Assembly: GCA_048939015.1 (NCBI GenBank)
Contig: JBHLPW010000077.1
Location: forward strand, 1-20,054
Source: Promethearchaeota archaeon
Lineage (GTDB): Archaea > Asgardarchaeota > Lokiarchaeia > Sigyniarchaeales > SOKP01
Length of the DNA stretch: 20,054 nucleotides
Reading direction: 5' to 3'
Part shown: positions 16,266-20,054 of the stretch, piece by piece
Layout: the number at the start of each line of letters is the position of its first letter
Position numbering within the stretch: position 1 is the stretch's first letter
Translations under genes and position numbers: made by a program
The notes under the pieces: generated by a model
The model's input: the letters and a program-made list of their open reading frames with translations, nothing else
Database searches by the model: none
What the model was told of the DNA's origin: nothing

Positions 16266-16361
16266 TTAAGACATATTATCTAAGAATATCATAATATTTA
16301 CTACAAAAATTGCAGAAAATACTATAATTAATATGATTCTTAAAAGTAATATCTTTTTCAT
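16266..16361 (-). CDS. Unannotated 31-aa hydrophobic peptide (signal-peptide/single-TM-like)
   Basis: ATG 16361 gives MKKILLLRIILIIVFSAIFVVNIMIFLDNMS*. Strong SD AAGGAGGAGG ends 5 nt upstream. Confidence 0.55.
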   Translation of the reverse strand: MKKILLLRIILIIVFSAIFVVNIMIFLDNMS

Positions 16362-16451
16362 TTATTCCTCCTCCTTTGATTTATTTTTTTTTATTTCTTA
16401 ATTGATAACCTATAAAAAAAAAGATAGAAATGAATTTTCTTCGATCTAATT

Positions 16452-18134
16452 TTACTCTAATCTATTCAATTTCTTCATACCAAAATATAACAGTGGAAGA
16501 CTCACCCCAATATTGTATAGAAATATAGGAGCTTGTACAATTAATCTCATTAGCGCGAGACTTCTTCCTGGATTAATAACAAACAATAATCCTATTGGTA
16601 AAAACATTAAAGGTTGTAAAAGTAGCATAGAGATCATTGAATTTCCTTTCATACTTGAATCTCTTTCACCGAAAGCCGGAGAAATGCATTGAATTCCCAT
16701 CGCTTGACACATTGAAATCTCTGCAAATATCAAAAACTCCACAAAAAAAATCACCGTATTAATAGGGTCAATATTTGAAAATATATTTAACATTATTGAA
16801 ACGAAACTTGCTAAGAAGAAATTGAATATTAACATCGTTAGTAGATAAGAGTATACAATTGCTTTGATACCTCTGGGGGATCGTTTATAAACCCATATTA
16901 TATCCTTAGAATCGACAAAAGCGAGATGCCCAATAATTATACTGCCTACAGCACCTCCTATTGCGATTAACATAGTATTACTAAGGATTATTCCAAATGC
17001 ATCATCATCCATCATAGACATAAAATAACTCATAAAGCCTATTAGCCCACAAACATAAGCGATTCTAGCAATATTAGCTTTTTTCCTGAAAAATCTCTTT
17101 AGCTGCATAACAATTAAACCGCCCCATTTACGACCGGAAAGTTTTCTTACAAGCTTATAAAAAGGATTTTCATGCTCGATAATCGTAATGCGGCTTTTTT
17201 CGATACCCCCCTCTAAAGTATAAAATGATTCAGCTTTTTTATAAGAAATATATAAAGTCAAAAATGGTACACCAACAGCTAATAGAACACTTATCCATAT
17301 ATTTAATATGAATCCGTTAAGTAATATCGGATCTATAGAGTATAATATAATGTTTGAAAACCATAAGGAAGGATAGAATGCTAACCAGTTTTTTAACTCA
17401 GGATGTTCCAGCAGGAAATTAAGAAAAAACATTATCGCATACATTATAACAACCAAGAGTATTGTCAATACCCATATCATTAGTTTTCCTAAATCTCTTG
17501 CTTTTTCGCTCTTTGAAATTTTGTGTTCAATCCAACTGCAAATAATTGACCCTATTAGATTAGCAAAGTATACATGTCCAAAAACTGTTCCATATATTAT
17601 GATATACTGAGTTAAAGTTAAGTTGATGATGGGATTTATCAAGCCAACTATAACTGGTGCAAGTATTAAGATTAGCATCGAATAGATCGGAGCTTTGCCT
17701 AAAAATTCACCTAAGAAGATATCATTTGCTTTAACCGGAGTTGCTAACAACGTCTCTTTAGAGCCAGTCTCATCTTCCTTGTATACATTATTCAAAGGGT
17801 ATATTATGAGCACTAAAAACAATGCCATCATTAGAGATTCAATGATTAAAGCAATTGCAGGTTTGAATACATCAGAAAATTCAGCTGCTAACGTCGGCAT
17901 AAACAAATCGAATAGATAAGGTGCTAGTATTAATGCCCATATCAATAAAAATGAATATAAAGCAATAAATAATAACACCCGATGATTTCTGTAATTACTA
18001 GTTTTAATTCTTAACTCGTTCTTCGCTATTGTTCGCCATAGACTTCTTTTTTCTTGTTTTAGAGCAAGAGCTTCTCTTCTCTGAATATCAGCTTCAGGTG
18101 ATTCAATTAATTCTTCTGTCGTTAATACCGTCAT
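16452..18134 (-). CDS. ABC-2-type exporter permease (large multi-TM, two-lobed)
   Basis: About 12-14 hydrophobic segments; ETLLATPVKANDIFLGEFLGK is the ABC-2 permease loop motif. Directly downstream of an ABC ATPase. Start moved to ATG 18134 (SD GAGGT, 7-nt gap after the ATPase stop). Confidence 0.75.
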   Translation of the reverse strand: MTVLTTEELIESPEADIQRREALALKQEKRSLWRTIAKNELRIKTSNYRNHRVLLFIALYSFLLIWALILAPYLFDLFMPTLAAEFSDVFKPAIALIIESLMMALFLVLIIYPLNNVYKEDETGSKETLLATPVKANDIFLGEFLGKAPIYSMLILILAPVIVGLINPIINLTLTQYIIIYGTVFGHVYFANLIGSIICSWIEHKISKSEKARDLGKLMIWVLTILLVVIMYAIMFFLNFLLEHPELKNWLAFYPSLWFSNIILYSIDPILLNGFILNIWISVLLAVGVPFLTLYISYKKAESFYTLEGGIEKSRITIIEHENPFYKLVRKLSGRKWGGLIVMQLKRFFRKKANIARIAYVCGLIGFMSYFMSMMDDDAFGIILSNTMLIAIGGAVGSIIIGHLAFVDSKDIIWVYKRSPRGIKAIVYSYLLTMLIFNFFLASFVSIMLNIFSNIDPINTVIFFVEFLIFAEISMCQAMGIQCISPAFGERDSSMKGNSMISMLLLQPLMFLPIGLLFVINPGRSLALMRLIVQAPIFLYNIGVSLPLLYFGMKKLNRLE

Positions 18135-18141
18135 GTATATT

Positions 18142-18975
18142 TTACCTCGATTTTGTTTTTTTCTTTTTCTTACTTTTATGCTTTCCAAGATCATTATTAT
18201 TAGGAATCTCCTCTCTCCAACTAAGCAAATCATCTATGTGAGAAGCGCCAGTAATTTTTAAATACGCTTCTTCCAAATCTTTAGCAGCAACAGATTCAAT
18301 TATTTCTTTTGGAGTGCCTTCAATCTTCAATTCACCATCAATTATGATACCAATTATATCACATAATTCTTCGGCTGTATCAAGAAGATGAGTACAAATA
18401 AAGATTGTCTTATCTGCTTTTTTGGCTAGTTGAGAAATTAAATCTTTTACCATTCTAGCTGCTGCAGGATCTAGATTTGAAGTTGGCTCATCTAAGAAGA
18501 TTATCTTAGGATCCTGAATCAGTGCAGCACATAAACAGACTTTTTGTTTCATTCCTCTTGAATAGCTCTCTAAAAGATCATTTTCTCTGCCCTCCAAATT
18601 AAATAACTCTATTAATTCATCAATACGAGAGGAAATTACATCTTTTGGTAAATAATATAATTCTCCAATAAATTCTAAAAATTCTTTCGCCGTCAGCTTG
18701 GAATATAATCCAGGAGATTCTGGTAAAAAGCCACATATCATTTTAACTCTCTGACTTTCAGTTACGATATCATAGCCACCGACTGAAGCATTCCCTGAAG
18801 TCTTCGATATAATAGCATTAAGAATTCTTACAGTAGTTGTTTTTCCAGCACCATTTGGCCCTAATAAACCATATGTTTTACCGTAAGGAATATTTAATTT
18901 TAATTTATTAACAGCGAGAATATTACCAAAACTTTTAGTAAGATCTTCGGTTTTAATTGCGTGTGCTTTACTCAA
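18142..18975 (-). CDS. ABC transporter ATP-binding protein (drug/peptide exporter type)
   Basis: Walker A GPNGAGKTT, signature YSRGMKQK, Walker B IIFLDEPT, H-loop ICTH. TTG start with SD GGAGGT. Confidence 0.95.
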   Translation of the reverse strand: MSKAHAIKTEDLTKSFGNILAVNKLKLNIPYGKTYGLLGPNGAGKTTTVRILNAIISKTSGNASVGGYDIVTESQRVKMICGFLPESPGLYSKLTAKEFLEFIGELYYLPKDVISSRIDELIELFNLEGRENDLLESYSRGMKQKVCLCAALIQDPKIIFLDEPTSNLDPAAARMVKDLISQLAKKADKTIFICTHLLDTAEELCDIIGIIIDGELKIEGTPKEIIESVAAKDLEEAYLKITGASHIDDLLSWREEIPNNNDLGKHKSKKKKKTKSR

Positions 18976-19005
18976 TTTTTTTTACCTCCATTTTTTTTTA
19001 TTTTT

Positions 19006-20054
19006 TTATATTTTTAATTTTAAATCTGAATTTGAGTGATTTTTTAGTTCGTAGTTTGTTCTAGTCCCTAACCAAATAAATAGAACTAGAACTGACCCAT
19101 AACATATTAATAAAACAATAAAGTACAATAAAACACTAAAAACGGCAATTTCTAAGTTTACAACGATAGTTTGAATCAATAAGGGAATAAAAATGCCAAC
19201 TAGACCTATAACTAAGAAGCCAATTGAACCAAGTAATATAGGATTAGTAGGTTTTACTCTTATAAGAAGTACCCATTCTGAATTCTTTTTCTTAAAAAAT
19301 TGCCATAATCCAAAAATTATTAATCCTATTCCCGAAATGAAAATAGTCCAATAAGATATATTATATGCGAGAGTTAATGTACCATTAGCCACAAGTCTTA
19401 CTAAAGGTCCCGAAAATGAAATGAAATTTATGATTCCATGAATTAACATCGGATATAATATATTTCGAGTAATAATGTAAATTAAACCCAAGGAAACTCC
19501 AATAAAAAATACAGCAATTATATGCATTATAGTCCCTGTAGGGTTAGCACTTATTAAATCATCCGGTAGATGTGCAAGAGCAAATAGTAGACTTGAAGTT
19601 AATATCGTGGGTGATGGGCTCATTCCTCGTTGTTCTAGTAAAGGAATTAATAATCTACGATAGAGCAATTCCTCATATACTGCAGCTCCAATCGTCAATG
19701 GAAGATAGTAGATCACGATATTCAAAGGATTTGCTAAATGTCCAGCATTTAATATAATACTTGTATACCCACTTTGAGGAATCAAATTAAACAGACTAAA
19801 AATATACAATAGCCCAAAGTTAATACTTGTGATTAACGTAAAAGTGCCACATATTAGAGCTATTGTTCTCAATGAATTAAAGAGTGTTAGATTACGATAT
19901 TCCGAATTTTTTACTTTAAATAAAGGAATAAGTATAAAATATACTATTAATGCCCCAATAACTTGAGAAATAAATGCTATTAATAGGTTTGTTATGACAT
20001 AATCAAAGGGTAAAGAAAAACCTGAAAATATTACGATAAAGGAGATTACTGTAA
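19006..20054 (-). CDS. CPBP (Abi/CAAX type II) intramembrane glutamic endopeptidase; 5' end lies beyond the window
   Basis: EELLYRRLL, LFALAH and MLIHGIIN motifs. The frame stays open from the ORF-track start (19872) to the window edge. Confidence 0.9.
   Translation of the reverse strand, partial: TVISFIVIFSGFSLPFDYVITNLLIAFISQVIGALIVYFILIPLFKVKNSEYRNLTLFNSLRTIALICGTFTLITSINFGLLYIFSLFNLIPQSGYTSIILNAGHLANPLNIVIYYLPLTIGAAVYEELLYRRLLIPLLEQRGMSPSPTILTSSLLFALAHLPDDLISANPTGTIMHIIAVFFIGVSLGLIYIITRNILYPMLIHGIINFISFSGPLVRLVANGTLTLAYNISYWTIFISGIGLIIFGLWQFFKKKNSEWVLLIRVKPTNPILLGSIGFLVIGLVGIFIPLLIQTIVVNLEIAVFSVLLYFIVLLICYGSVLVLFIWLGTRTNYELKNHSNSDLKLKI

Noticed and set aside
18135-18241. Permease N-terminal extension overlapping the ATPase, and antisense ORF 18029-18241
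   Set aside because: ATG 18134 with SD GAGGT removes the overlap; the antisense ORF has no support.
1-20054. CRISPR arrays, tRNA/rRNA genes, IS elements, integrases
   Set aside because: No regularly spaced repeats, cloverleaf-like or GC-rich structural RNA segments, or transposase/recombinase motifs were seen by eye.

Overview
AT-rich (roughly 30% GC by eye), gene-dense archaeal DNA, most likely from an Asgard archaeon (Lokiarchaeia/Promethearchaeia-like). The assignment is inferred from BRE/TATA promoters, GGAGGTGA-type Shine-Dalgarno sites, oligo-T terminators and a membrane protein with a PCI-like winged-helix tail. In order, the window holds: a partial long-chain acyl-CoA ligase divergent from an SDR; a dsrE-dsrF-dsrH (tusDCB-like) sulfur-relay operon; the membrane/PCI-like protein; a Cys-rich AbrB-fold HgcC-like gene upstream of arsenite methyltransferase arsM; adenosine deaminase; an Old Yellow Enzyme; a PaaI thioesterase; a tandem-SH3 protein; an MBL-fold hydrolase; a ferredoxin-nitroreductase; a phytoene-desaturase-family oxidoreductase; a hypothetical membrane protein; and a minus-strand cluster of CPBP protease, ABC-2 exporter, an unannotated 31-aa hydrophobic peptide, three tandem paralogous membrane proteins and a winged-helix regulator. 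The three most notable points are: (1) three genes appear to start at non-canonical ATT/ATA/ATC codons placed at normal spacing behind good SD sites; (2) an hgcC-like/arsM unit with no arsR or hgcAB in the window and a structured spacer; (3) the peptide/CPBP/ABC/triple-paralog/wHTH module. No rRNA, tRNA, CRISPR array or mobile element was recognised.
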